This document shows, in pieces, positions 10,781 through 20,255 of a stretch of DNA of 64,000 bases (positions within the stretch are counted from its first letter, which is position 1; each line of letters opens with the position of its first letter). The position numbers and the translations under genes were made by a program. Under the pieces are notes generated by a model. It was not told the DNA's origin, made no database searches, and was given only the letters and a program-made list of their open reading frames with translations. This stretch comes from Promethearchaeota archaeon (GTDB lineage Archaea; Asgardarchaeota; Lokiarchaeia; Sigyniarchaeales; SOKP01): assembly GCA_019058445.1 (NCBI GenBank), contig JAHPZA010000006.1, positions 672,001-736,000 on the forward strand. The letters are read 5' to 3'.

Positions 10781-10807
10781 CTTCTAATATCTACTTTAGA
10801 AATCAGG

Positions 10808-11494
10808 TTATCTACTAAGAACTCCAAAATATATAATAATTTCGTGTGAATTACTTGATAATTTGTATTGAGGTAATCCATTTCCCTTTTCAACATTAAG
10901 AAAAGTAAGTATTAATTCCTTTTTTTGAACGTCGAGCAGTTTTATTAATAAACCGACCATCAACATTAATACTTTTCGTGAACCATCTTTTAATACAGAT
11001 AATTTTGAAAGGAGTATCTCCTTAGATTCTTGAATATGTTGAAAGGGATCGCTTGCTCTGGAACATAGATATACAACTGTTTCCATATCTTTATGAAATA
11101 AAATAAAAGCTCCTAAATGGAGGTCATAAAAGATATCAAAGCTTGTTGAGAAATCTTTCCAGGACAGCGCAAACTTGATTAGATTATTGTTAATGATATC
11201 ATTAGCCATTTGAGTCTTATCACGACTTCTAATAATTATGCTATTAAGCAGATCATTTATGCTATATCTCCTTGCTTTTGAAAATTCAAGGATACGAAAA
11301 TTATAATTAAAATCTGTTATCAGCATATCTTTTACGAATGGGATGCTGTCTTCGGGATATTGTTCATAAAAAACTTTTGTCGTTTCATACCGAACGGTGT
11401 CATTGAGCTCATATGAGATCTTACTTTTCAAAGAATTAAAAGAATGCATAGAATTTTTTAGATCAAACTCTGATGTATTGTGAATTTTCATCAT
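10808..11494 (-). CDS. Hypothetical protein
   Basis: ORF track, 228 aa. Confidence 0.6.
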   Translation of the reverse strand: MMKIHNTSEFDLKNSMHSFNSLKSKISYELNDTVRYETTKVFYEQYPEDSIPFVKDMLITDFNYNFRILEFSKARRYSINDLLNSIIIRSRDKTQMANDIINNNLIKFALSWKDFSTSFDIFYDLHLGAFILFHKDMETVVYLCSRASDPFQHIQESKEILLSKLSVLKDGSRKVLMLMVGLLIKLLDVQKKELILTFLNVEKGNGLPQYKLSSNSHEIIIYFGVLSR

Positions 11495-11974
11495 ATATTA
11501 GCTTATACTCAACTATTAAAAAGAAAAAATAGGAACTTAATATTTGAAACTTACCAGGTAAAGGTTTAATTTTAGGCATACCAAAGGTAATATCTTAGAA
11601 GTTTTAAGTGTTAGACATAAATTAAGGCTGAATTTTTTATCCCTTAAAAAAATATGCATTATTTCTTCATAAATTCATACTTTTAAGTATTTAGAAAAAT
11701 GCTTTTTTCAGAAGCTGATCAATAAGATCATAAAAACAAAATTTATTTCAAAAAATTGAAAATTTCTTTTCATTAATTAGAACCAATTTCTTGAAGTGGT
11801 CATTCTGTTTGATTTTTAGATAATTTTGGGAAATAATTTTTGCCGTATTATCTTTATATTCAAGTTTCCTACAATATCGCATGTCAAAAAAAAAGGTTTA
11901 AAAAGACCACTCGGGATCTTAATTAATTAGTTTTTAAGAAAAAATGTAACTTTATTATAAGGTGATAAAAAAAG

Positions 11975-13267
11975 ATGGCTACTGATAAAAATTACTATAA
12001 TAAGACCCATACTCCCCAATCTGACCGATTAAGAGCACCATTGGAAGAGAATAAAACACAGATATTCACTGGGTTGATATGTGATTCTTGTAATTCTACA
12101 GATATTGTCGAGACAAGAGAAGGCTATGTATGTAGATATTGTGGAATGGTATTAGAGGGAAAAATAATTGTATTTAATAAACCTTATTTCTCAGATGTTC
12201 AGTATTATGCTAAGATGGGGGCAACACATATCGGAAATGCAAGAGAAAGACTTGCTCACGCCCACTCTAAAAAATTAACTCACTTACAAAAACTTCACTC
12301 AATTGAATCAAACGAAAAGGAGCTACTAACACATGCAAAAATCGAAATATCGAGAATTTTTACGTGTTTAAATCTGCCCCAAACATTAAAACAATTAGTA
12401 TATCATAAATTCATCAAAATCCGAACTGCGATTCGATCCGGGACCAAATATCGTGCTCCCCAAAAATTAGTACCTCTCACGATTTACTTTATTTGCAAAT
12501 TCGAAAAAATTTCTATTAATGAGGCCGATCTCTTAGAAGTTTCCAAAATTTCAAAAAAGGATTTTAATGCATTTAAGCTGCAAATCTTAAATTTTTTTCC
12601 CGAATACCTAGAAAGAGACAGGAAACAATACATCTTACAAAAAATCTTAGAACTTACGGAACATTTCAAGCTTGGTATGGAATTTTATTTTCAGTCCAAG
12701 AAAATCTTATTTCGGCTATGGGACAATATTAAAAATACGAAAGATGAAGTAATTGCTGGATTAGTAGCCTCGATATCAGTGCTATGTGCTTTTAAGAGTA
12801 AGGATGTGTCCGTTAGTGCCATATGCAATAAATTAGGAATCAAAATGAGCACAATTCAATCGCAAGTGAAAAGGCGTATTTTTGACCAATATCAAATTGC
12901 GGGTTTTACTACCCTCATAAAATCCTCTGAGCTACTTAAGAAAATAATTGGAAAAATGGGCTTGCTTACCACTCAACAAGAAAAAGTTGCCAATAAACAG
13001 AATAGTGATGAAATAGCTAAAAGAAAAACTGCTGAAATTGTTGAGATCAAACTTGGTGGAGCTCGAAAAACATGTAATCACCTTATGGATGTAGGACATT
13101 ATTTATTCGCCATTGCCAATGAAGAGAGGACTCCTGTCATGGTATCGTTAAAATCTTATGATATGAGTAATTTCTATTCTGACGCTAATATACGGAAATC
13201 TCTCCACGATAAAAAATCCGTTTTAGATAAGGAACAGCCTCTCTTTGAAGTGAAATTTATCAAATAA
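11975..13267 (+). CDS. Divergent TFB/TFIIB-like protein (Zn ribbon, cyclin repeats, C-terminal extension)
   Basis: CDSC...YVCRYCGMVLE ribbon; AKIEISRIFTCLNLP; VSAICNKLGIKMSTI HTH. Confidence 0.8.
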   Translation: MATDKNYYNKTHTPQSDRLRAPLEENKTQIFTGLICDSCNSTDIVETREGYVCRYCGMVLEGKIIVFNKPYFSDVQYYAKMGATHIGNARERLAHAHSKKLTHLQKLHSIESNEKELLTHAKIEISRIFTCLNLPQTLKQLVYHKFIKIRTAIRSGTKYRAPQKLVPLTIYFICKFEKISINEADLLEVSKISKKDFNAFKLQILNFFPEYLERDRKQYILQKILELTEHFKLGMEFYFQSKKILFRLWDNIKNTKDEVIAGLVASISVLCAFKSKDVSVSAICNKLGIKMSTIQSQVKRRIFDQYQIAGFTTLIKSSELLKKIIGKMGLLTTQQEKVANKQNSDEIAKRKTAEIVEIKLGGARKTCNHLMDVGHYLFAIANEERTPVMVSLKSYDMSNFYSDANIRKSLHDKKSVLDKEQPLFEVKFIK

Positions 13268-13291
13268 ATAAAATTCCTTGAACTAGAAAAA

Positions 13292-13738
13292 ATGATCGAC
13301 GATTATCTACTCCGACCGGCTACCATGGAAGATAGAGAGTTCATGAAGCATTTAGAAAAAGTAAATTTTGAAAAATTTCCTAAAGTCATGGAACTTTTCA
13401 GTGAGGAGCATCAAAAGAACCATTATGAAAATCATTTTAATCCGAAATATGTGTATATCATCGAATATGATAATCGACCTATTGGAGCGCAATCTGTAAT
13501 TGTACGCAGGAAAAATATGTTTATTTTATTTTTGTATCTTTTACCTGAATTTCAAAATAAAGGTATTGATGAAACTCTCATAAAAGTCGCCTTAAAACAA
13601 GCAAAAGAAGAAAAAAAACCTTTAATATCTTGTGTGTTTCAAGAAGATACTCAAGGAAAAAGTTTATTTGATGCCTTAGGATTTGAACCTTTTAACGAGG
13701 ATGATCTTCGATTGCGTGTGAAATGGAATCCTGCTTAA
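13292..13738 (+). CDS. GNAT N-acetyltransferase
   Basis: LRPATMED, YLLPEFQNKGI, LFDALGF. Confidence 0.85.
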   Translation: MIDDYLLRPATMEDREFMKHLEKVNFEKFPKVMELFSEEHQKNHYENHFNPKYVYIIEYDNRPIGAQSVIVRRKNMFILFLYLLPEFQNKGIDETLIKVALKQAKEEKKPLISCVFQEDTQGKSLFDALGFEPFNEDDLRLRVKWNPA

Positions 13739-13811
13739 AAAATTGATTAATTAGTAGTAAATTAAAGTTCTTTTATTGTGATGATTTTTTATAGAGGCGT
13801 GTTAAAATCGA

Positions 13812-14288
13812 TTAATAATTTTGGGGTTCATATTTAGTATCTTTCCTATATTTAGATTTTTTCATTTTGAATCGAGATAAGACAACAAGTATAAGACCCG
13901 TAAAACCAAATCCCCCATTCAAACTTAATAGAGTTATTATTTCTAACCTCATCATCGAAATTAAAGTGCCCTCTATACCCTGCATTATTAAAAAGACCAA
14001 TAATCCAATCATACCCATTCCTGCTCCAATCCAAATAATGAGCTTACCACTTTTATATCGATGCATCATAACTAATGTAGCTCCAGAGATAACTGAAATT
14101 CCCCCTCCTAAGGCTATATACGTGAAAATGTTCAGAATAACGGAAAGAACACCTTGAGTTTTTGGACCAACATACTCAGCAGCAACACCGAAGATAAGCA
14201 TAAAAATTGTTGGATTCCCCACCATAGAGCCAATAATCATTAAGGCTCCACCCAAAATACATAAAAATATCCATTTTTTATTCTCCAT
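13812..14288 (-). CDS. Four-TM membrane protein
   Basis: Gly-rich hydrophobic helices. Confidence 0.75.
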   Translation of the reverse strand: MENKKWIFLCILGGALMIIGSMVGNPTIFMLIFGVAAEYVGPKTQGVLSVILNIFTYIALGGGISVISGATLVMMHRYKSGKLIIWIGAGMGMIGLLVFLIMQGIEGTLISMMRLEIITLLSLNGGFGFTGLILVVLSRFKMKKSKYRKDTKYEPQNY

Positions 14289-14495
14289 TTTATTACACCT
14301 AAATATAATATTATTATTTCCAATAATTCATCTAATTTAGCTTTTATTTATTTGATTTTATTTTTCTTACAAACAAATAGCAAGGGAAGCGATGAAAAGA
14401 CTGCTATATTGAAATGGCAACCTCCCATAGCTTCTTAAAATCCTATGAATCCTATGAATCTGCAATATTTAAATTGAAAAATAAGCTAAAATCTC

Positions 14496-15545
14496 TTACT
14501 TCTTTAAGTCATTTAGAGAAAAACTTATATAATCATCCTTTTTTCGATCTGGGGGATATAATCTTAAATTTATCGTATTTGAAATCTCAAATAACGCAGT
14601 ACAAATCGTATCATATATATATCCCGATTCTGGATCCTTAACAGAATTAAAAGCAATATATTTATCCGAAAGAACCTCTAAAGCATTGTTAGTAGTTTTT
14701 TTTAAGTTTGATAACAACTCAATTCCCCGTCTATATCGCGTTTTTGAGTTTCCATACTTAGGATAGGGAATATTCTTGAATTTTTCAGAGATATAGTGAT
14801 TAGTGTGGTAGTATTTATCCGAAATCTCTGTAAGGCAAGAATCGTCTGCGGTAGTTTCTAAATTTTCTACTTTATTTTCTCGCAATGATGCTAAATTATA
14901 ACTTACCCCTCCTGATCTCGGGGAATATAACTGGGCACTTTCAATTGCTTCCTCAATAGATTTCGCTTCTAATATACTTCTTCCAAAGAAGATTCTGCTA
15001 AAGCTAATTCTTTTAACTGGATTTGGTAAGCTATTTGCGGTAAATACAATTCCATGAGAGTTAAATCCGAACGAATTTCCGGAAATACACCCAGGATATG
15101 AATGCGCAAAAAAATTTGTTCCGTTGTCGAGTTCCACAGCGGTCAAATATGAATATTTGCCCATTATACTCTCGTAATCTTCATTATGGGTCAGAATGAT
15201 CTTATCTTCGTTTTTGAAGATTATTGTGGAACAACTCTCCAGAGTATCGTCCTTAAAAGGTACATGGCGGAAATTTGCTACTAAAATCTGGCGATAATCG
15301 AGACCAGATCCCTCCGATATTCCCTTAATTTCATCCATATAATGTGGAAAATGTTTGTGGGCCAGGGATTCCACACTATCTAATCTTTTTGGATGTTTTC
15401 TATCAAAATCTATGAGATTGTTCACTTCTTTGCATTCTTCAAAAGCTTGAGCAATGCGCTTTTGAAAATATTCTCCTATTTGTTTACCTATTTCGTGATT
15501 AGTCCCCTTTACACGAATGAATGGTAATAATGTGCTTTCAGTCAT
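14496..15545 (-). CDS. C45 family Ntn-hydrolase/acyltransferase
   Basis: GTNHEIG, autocleavage CST, HNED, GFNSHG, HTNHY. Confidence 0.9.
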   Translation of the reverse strand: MTESTLLPFIRVKGTNHEIGKQIGEYFQKRIAQAFEECKEVNNLIDFDRKHPKRLDSVESLAHKHFPHYMDEIKGISEGSGLDYRQILVANFRHVPFKDDTLESCSTIIFKNEDKIILTHNEDYESIMGKYSYLTAVELDNGTNFFAHSYPGCISGNSFGFNSHGIVFTANSLPNPVKRISFSRIFFGRSILEAKSIEEAIESAQLYSPRSGGVSYNLASLRENKVENLETTADDSCLTEISDKYYHTNHYISEKFKNIPYPKYGNSKTRYRRGIELLSNLKKTTNNALEVLSDKYIAFNSVKDPESGYIYDTICTALFEISNTINLRLYPPDRKKDDYISFSLNDLKK

Positions 15546-15681
15546 GTCGGTTTTTAAGTTTCATACACTAATGATTCCTTAAATCAAAGCGAATTTGATT
15601 TAAAATCATAAAATAGGGAAAATAAGATGGAATTGAATTTTAAATTTTCCAATTATCCATTAGAAAAAAGTGTATACTATT

Positions 15682-16068
15682 CTATTGGTGTGCAAAATAA
15701 AGCAAATCTAATACAATACTTTTAATTTGCATAATCCCTCTCGAGACCAATTTCCAACAGAGTTGATAGACAAAAGGCCAATGACCATTTTCCAGAGCTT
15801 TTCCTATTTTCACATATTTTTTCCATGGTACTTCAGAATAATTGCCAAAAATCATCGGATATTTCTCCAATAGCTTTTCCAATAGCGTAGTTAGGTGAAT
15901 GATATATTCCCAGGTTGGTTCTGCTGTGCCATTTTCATTTGAAATAAATTGCTTGCGGTCCAAACCATACATGTAAATTTCGAGTATCTCAATACATTCC
16001 AACACTTCCAAAAGAGGATAGAGCAAATCTTCAACCCAAGTATTTCCCTGTTCCTTTTTCGTATCCAT
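15682..16068 (-). CDS. DUF86/HepT-like HEPN protein lacking the RxxxxH motif
   Basis: LLEVLECIEILEIY..G.....F...; YSEVPWKK; CWKLV...I..IK match the DUF86 pattern. Confidence 0.6.
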   Translation of the reverse strand: MDTKKEQGNTWVEDLLYPLLEVLECIEILEIYMYGLDRKQFISNENGTAEPTWEYIIHLTTLLEKLLEKYPMIFGNYSEVPWKKYVKIGKALENGHWPFVYQLCWKLVSRGIMQIKSIVLDLLYFAHQ

Positions 16069-16484
16069 TGAAATGAACTGTATTGCCTGTATTTATATTT
16101 ATTATTATTCTACAACAGCATATTTAATCCTATATAATAGTCTTATAGAATAATATTACTTTTTTATGACCTCAAATTCTTCTCTTAGACTCAATTATTG
16201 GACCATATATTAACGGTCTTTCACACCTTGTCGTACAGTTTAATCTTTTCGATAGGTCTTATGATACAGATCGAATCCAGCATAACCCAATCAGCGATTT
16301 TTTTATTTATATTATATTTTTTTAGGTAGTACCAACGAAAAGAAAAGAGAAAATTTTTTTTGTATACTTCTTATATAAGCTTTATTAGTTATACCTAATA
16401 AATTAGCTTGTTTGTTGCGATAGAACGACAAACTATTTTTATTACTAGCTTTTTATATGACTAATACCAAATACCTATGTAAGG

Positions 16485-16608
16485 AAAGGAATCGTCGAAA
16501 TTCGAATAAACATTGGATTTCGCCCTCTATTAAGCTCTTGTACGAGTTTAATTCTCTCCTACTTATGTAATTTCATTCGAATTTGGATTCCTTTACTCCT
16601 TTTTCTTT
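16485..16608 (+). ncRNA. Putative structured ncRNA, copy B
   Basis: Outer stem 16485-16507/16575-16594, core ATTGGATTTCGCCCT at 16512-16526, inner hairpin ATTAAGCTC/GAGTTTAAT, TTTTTATA at 16450-16457, pyrimidine tail. Confidence 0.6.
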
Positions 16609-16862
16609 ATTATTACATTAATCTAGTTCGAGATCTGTTCAAACCAACACATAACTTCGAACTTTACAAATTAAATATTTTTTGAATTATTTTTTTTATA
16701 TTAATTGGTTATTAATGACAAAAATTCGAAATTAACAATTCTTTAAGGTTTTTTTCTGGAGGTTTCAGGGGTGATTTTCAAAACCAGGCGTGAGAAAAGT
16801 ATCATAAATTTGAAATTATAATTTAAATTTATATTTCATACAAAAAATATGAGAGGATAATA

Positions 16863-17708
16863 ATGGTTGAAGAAAACTATGAGCATATTAAAATAGAATA
16901 TCCTAAAACTATGGAAAGCGGCACCGTTGATGGGAATTATGCTATAATCTCGATGAATCGACCCGATAAATTGAATGCACTTCAAGTTCAAACTCTAAAA
17001 GAAATCGCCACAGCGTTAGATACTATGGATTTGGATCCCAATATAAGATGTGTATTATTGCGGGGTACGAAAGATTTTACAAAAAAGCCCGCGTTCTCAG
17101 CAGGGGCTGATCTTTCTGCAACTATGGGAAAAAATGTGAAACCGAACATTCCCATACACATGATGCAATCCCAGGAATATAGGCACAAATACTACGATCA
17201 AATTGAAAGATTTTTAAAGCCTTTAATTGCTGGTGTAGATGGATTTGCATTAGGTGGAGGTCTAGAGCTTACTTTGGTATGTGATGTGGTGATTGCCAGC
17301 AAGCGATCGAAATTTGGCTTCCCGGAAATAGCAAGAGGTATTTTTCCTTCCAATGGAGGAACGCAAAGAATGGTGCAGCATATCGGAGCTGCTAGAGTGT
17401 TTAACATGATGTATTTTGGAGAGCATTACAGCGCCGAACAAATGCATGAATGGGGCTTTGTCACCCATGTTGTAGATGATGATAAATTCGAGGATTATCT
17501 AAATGAAAAAATGAAATGGTTAGGAGAAGCTGCTACCGGAAGTTTGGCAATAATCAAAAAGTGCATAAGGTATGGAACCCAGGTGCCCTTAAATATAGGG
17601 TTGCAATTCGAGCAAATGGGATTTGGGGTCAATTCTGCCGCAAAAGATATTCGGGAGGGAATTTCAGCATTCCTTCAAAAAAGAGAGCCAAAATTCAAAG
17701 GCTTTTAA
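16863..17708 (+). CDS. Enoyl-CoA hydratase/isomerase
   Basis: NRPDKLNAL, FSAGADL, GFALGGGLEL, FGFPE. Confidence 0.95.
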   Translation: MVEENYEHIKIEYPKTMESGTVDGNYAIISMNRPDKLNALQVQTLKEIATALDTMDLDPNIRCVLLRGTKDFTKKPAFSAGADLSATMGKNVKPNIPIHMMQSQEYRHKYYDQIERFLKPLIAGVDGFALGGGLELTLVCDVVIASKRSKFGFPEIARGIFPSNGGTQRMVQHIGAARVFNMMYFGEHYSAEQMHEWGFVTHVVDDDKFEDYLNEKMKWLGEAATGSLAIIKKCIRYGTQVPLNIGLQFEQMGFGVNSAAKDIREGISAFLQKREPKFKGF

Positions 17709-17830
17709 CTCCTTTTATAAAATTATCTCTTTCTTTTTTTTATGTAGTTACAATATGAAATAAAGATGAAATATTGGACTCCACTACATTTTAAATCAGT
17801 AATGTCTGTAAATTAATTGTAAAAAAAAAT

Positions 17831-17949
17831 AGAATCTTTAAATTCGAGCTTAAATTGGATTTCGCCCTTAATTAAACCCCTGGAAGAGTTTAATTATCTT
17901 TTATTTTTTTCTATTTGCTTCGAATTTAGATTCTTTTTTCTCTTCTTTT
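17831..17949 (+). ncRNA. Putative structured ncRNA, copy C
   Basis: Outer stem 17831-17848/17919-17934, core at 17854-17868, inner hairpin TAATTAAAC/GTTTAATTA, pyrimidine tail. Confidence 0.6.
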
Positions 17950-18018
17950 ATACAGTTAAATAATAAACATTTAATATATTTGAAGATATAATTCTTCAAA
18001 AAGGTGTAACATGCAATA

Positions 18019-18906
18019 ATGAAAGCATTAGAAAATTCTGCTATTCAAATTAATATTGAGGAGTGCACTAAATGTAGAGCCTGTGTAAATGAGTGTAACT
18101 TTTATTATTTTGAGGATAATGAACTTCATCTTATTGAAGATTTTGAAGAATCTTGTTTTGAATGCGGTCATTGCGTCGCAATTTGCCCAGTGAATGCTAT
18201 CATGTTAAAAAATTATCCCCCAGATAAAGTTAAAAAATTACCCGATAGCAAGGAGTTACCAACATTTGATGCGTTGTCAAATCTTTTTCAAATAAGAAGA
18301 TCACGAAGGCAATTTCAAGAGAAATCTGTTCCGAAAGATTTAATAGAAAAGCTTTTAAATGTCGCAGGAGTATATTCAGCAACAGGACATAATGAACAAA
18401 ACGTATATTTCACTGTGGTACAAGATCGTAACTTATTGAAAAAAATTTCAGATGAGATTACTTTGCAAGTAGCAAATCTTGTTAAAAAATTTGAAACAGA
18501 AGAAGGAAGGGAATCATTAAGAAAGGCATTTCCAGAAGATTTATTGAAAAAGGCTGAGAAAGGAATTCCATCTTTTAAGAGGAAATTAATCCGAATTGAA
18601 CAGGGTAAAGAAGTTTGGAGATGGAACGCTGAGTTAATTATAATCCACTCTCCTAAAGACGCGACATCATTAACTGAGAATTGTACGTTAGCAGCAGGGC
18701 AAGTAATGCTTGCTGCAGAAACCTTGGGTTTAGGGACGTGTTCATTGGGTTATATTACAGCATTTTTAAATATATACAAGTCAGTTTCTAAAATTGCACA
18801 GATTCCACGAAAACATACAGTTGGATACTCCCTAGCAATAGGATATCCCGTAGCAAAATATCATAGAATTCCGGCCCGAAAAACACTTAAAGCAAATTGG
18901 TTATGA
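18019..18906 (+). CDS. Nitroreductase with N-terminal 4Fe-4S ferredoxin domain
   Basis: CTKCRAC...C and CFECGHCVAICP; RRSRRQF; LAAETLGLGTC. Confidence 0.93.
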   Translation: MKALENSAIQINIEECTKCRACVNECNFYYFEDNELHLIEDFEESCFECGHCVAICPVNAIMLKNYPPDKVKKLPDSKELPTFDALSNLFQIRRSRRQFQEKSVPKDLIEKLLNVAGVYSATGHNEQNVYFTVVQDRNLLKKISDEITLQVANLVKKFETEEGRESLRKAFPEDLLKKAEKGIPSFKRKLIRIEQGKEVWRWNAELIIIHSPKDATSLTENCTLAAGQVMLAAETLGLGTCSLGYITAFLNIYKSVSKIAQIPRKHTVGYSLAIGYPVAKYHRIPARKTLKANWL

Positions 18907-18957
18907 ATACATTCATTATTTTCATAGAAAAAGACAAAGTAATAAATAGGTAAAAAT

Positions 18958-19089
18958 ATGAAAAGGAAATGTGTACTGTGTGGAATGATACGATCCACGA
19001 AAGATCTAGTTTTGCAGGATAATGGTAAATATATTTGCTTTTCTTGCTGGAATAAATATCTCAAAGAAAATAGAGAAAAGGATTCTTAA
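18958..19089 (+). CDS. Small C4 zinc-finger protein (43 aa; not in ORF track)
   Basis: MKRKCVLCGMIRSTKDLVLQDNGKYICFSCWNKYLKENREKDS; AGGT upstream. Confidence 0.75.
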   Translation: MKRKCVLCGMIRSTKDLVLQDNGKYICFSCWNKYLKENREKDS

Positions 19090-19716
19090 GATGAGATAAA
19101 ATGAGCAGAAAGGAAGATATAAGAGAAAAATATTAATGTGTTAATAAGAGAGTAAATAAGTATATCGTTCAAGGTTAAATTTTTTAACTTTTATATCCTC
19201 CTTATTATTCCCCTTATTTTTACGCACGAGGGGTATTTTTACTACGATTTTGAACTCATCCAAATACAGATTATCATAAAAGATTTTTTTCCCTTTATCA
19301 TAATCTATAAATTTTCTTGTTTCAAAATCTTCATTTTTTATGGTTGGGATTAAAATTTTAATCACCCTTGTCCAATTTATTTAAAATATATTATTAGACA
19401 TTAATGAAACTCAATAAATATTTCATGTATTATACGTAAGTACTGTGTTTAAGTAAAAATGATAAAATAACAGCTGTCTCCAAGATAAACCTCTGAATGT
19501 GGTACCAGAAAATATATGCCAAATCACCTATTTATATGTTATGCTTTTTATATAAACGATCTTTTAAGAAAAAGGTTTTTCCTTATAATGTATTGGATTT
19601 TAAGCAAATCTCAAAAAAGAGTCGGAACTCTCAAAATTTTAAGGTAAAAATTAAAATTTAGACTATATTTATTTTCTTTAAGTCAAAGCAAAATAAGCTC
19701 ATCTCAACTATTAGTC

Positions 19717-20172
19717 ATGAGTCAGAAAGAATTACAAGCTTTTCTCCAAAACGAGATATTTAAAAAGTCTAAAAAGTTGAAGGGAAAATTTGCCCCTTTC
19801 TCAGAAATTATAGATAATGAATATCGAGTTTTAAAAATAAAAGCTATTTATGATTTAAGTGAAAAATCTAAGAATTTATATCTGTTTATCATCAGAAACT
19901 ATTCCAAACCTCCAAAAGAACGATTTTATTTGGCAATTATATTAGCCGCTCAAAGTTCTGATCTTTTAGTAAGTTTGGCAAATAATTTTGCTCAGAAAAA
20001 TGGTTTAAAATTGATACAATATGCAATTAATCCAAAGCAGTTGAGAATTAGCTTAATTTCTTTAAAAGAAATTGAAAATCTTGAAGATTATTCGTTTTCA
20101 GTTGACATTCTAAAAGAATTTCGAACTTTTTTTAGAAATATGTTAGGAAAAATTAAATCCTCTTTAGAATAA
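19717..20172 (+). CDS. Hypothetical protein
   Basis: ORF track; upstream of pyk. Confidence 0.65.
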   Translation: MSQKELQAFLQNEIFKKSKKLKGKFAPFSEIIDNEYRVLKIKAIYDLSEKSKNLYLFIIRNYSKPPKERFYLAIILAAQSSDLLVSLANNFAQKNGLKLIQYAINPKQLRISLISLKEIENLEDYSFSVDILKEFRTFFRNMLGKIKSSLE

Positions 20173-20255
20173 ACATAATTTTTAAACATACACACAATAA
20201 TAATAATAGTTGTAAATGATTAGATTTTAAAAAATAATCTTACCAATGATACATA

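Noticed and set aside
14378-14465. Long imperfect hairpin and ATCCTATGA tandem repeat, considered as a SECIS
   Set aside because: No AUGA/GA quartet geometry and no Sec-TGA gene adjacent; probably a 3' UTR or terminator structure
19141-19365. 74-aa minus-strand ORF
   Set aside because: No recognisable motif; too weak to call
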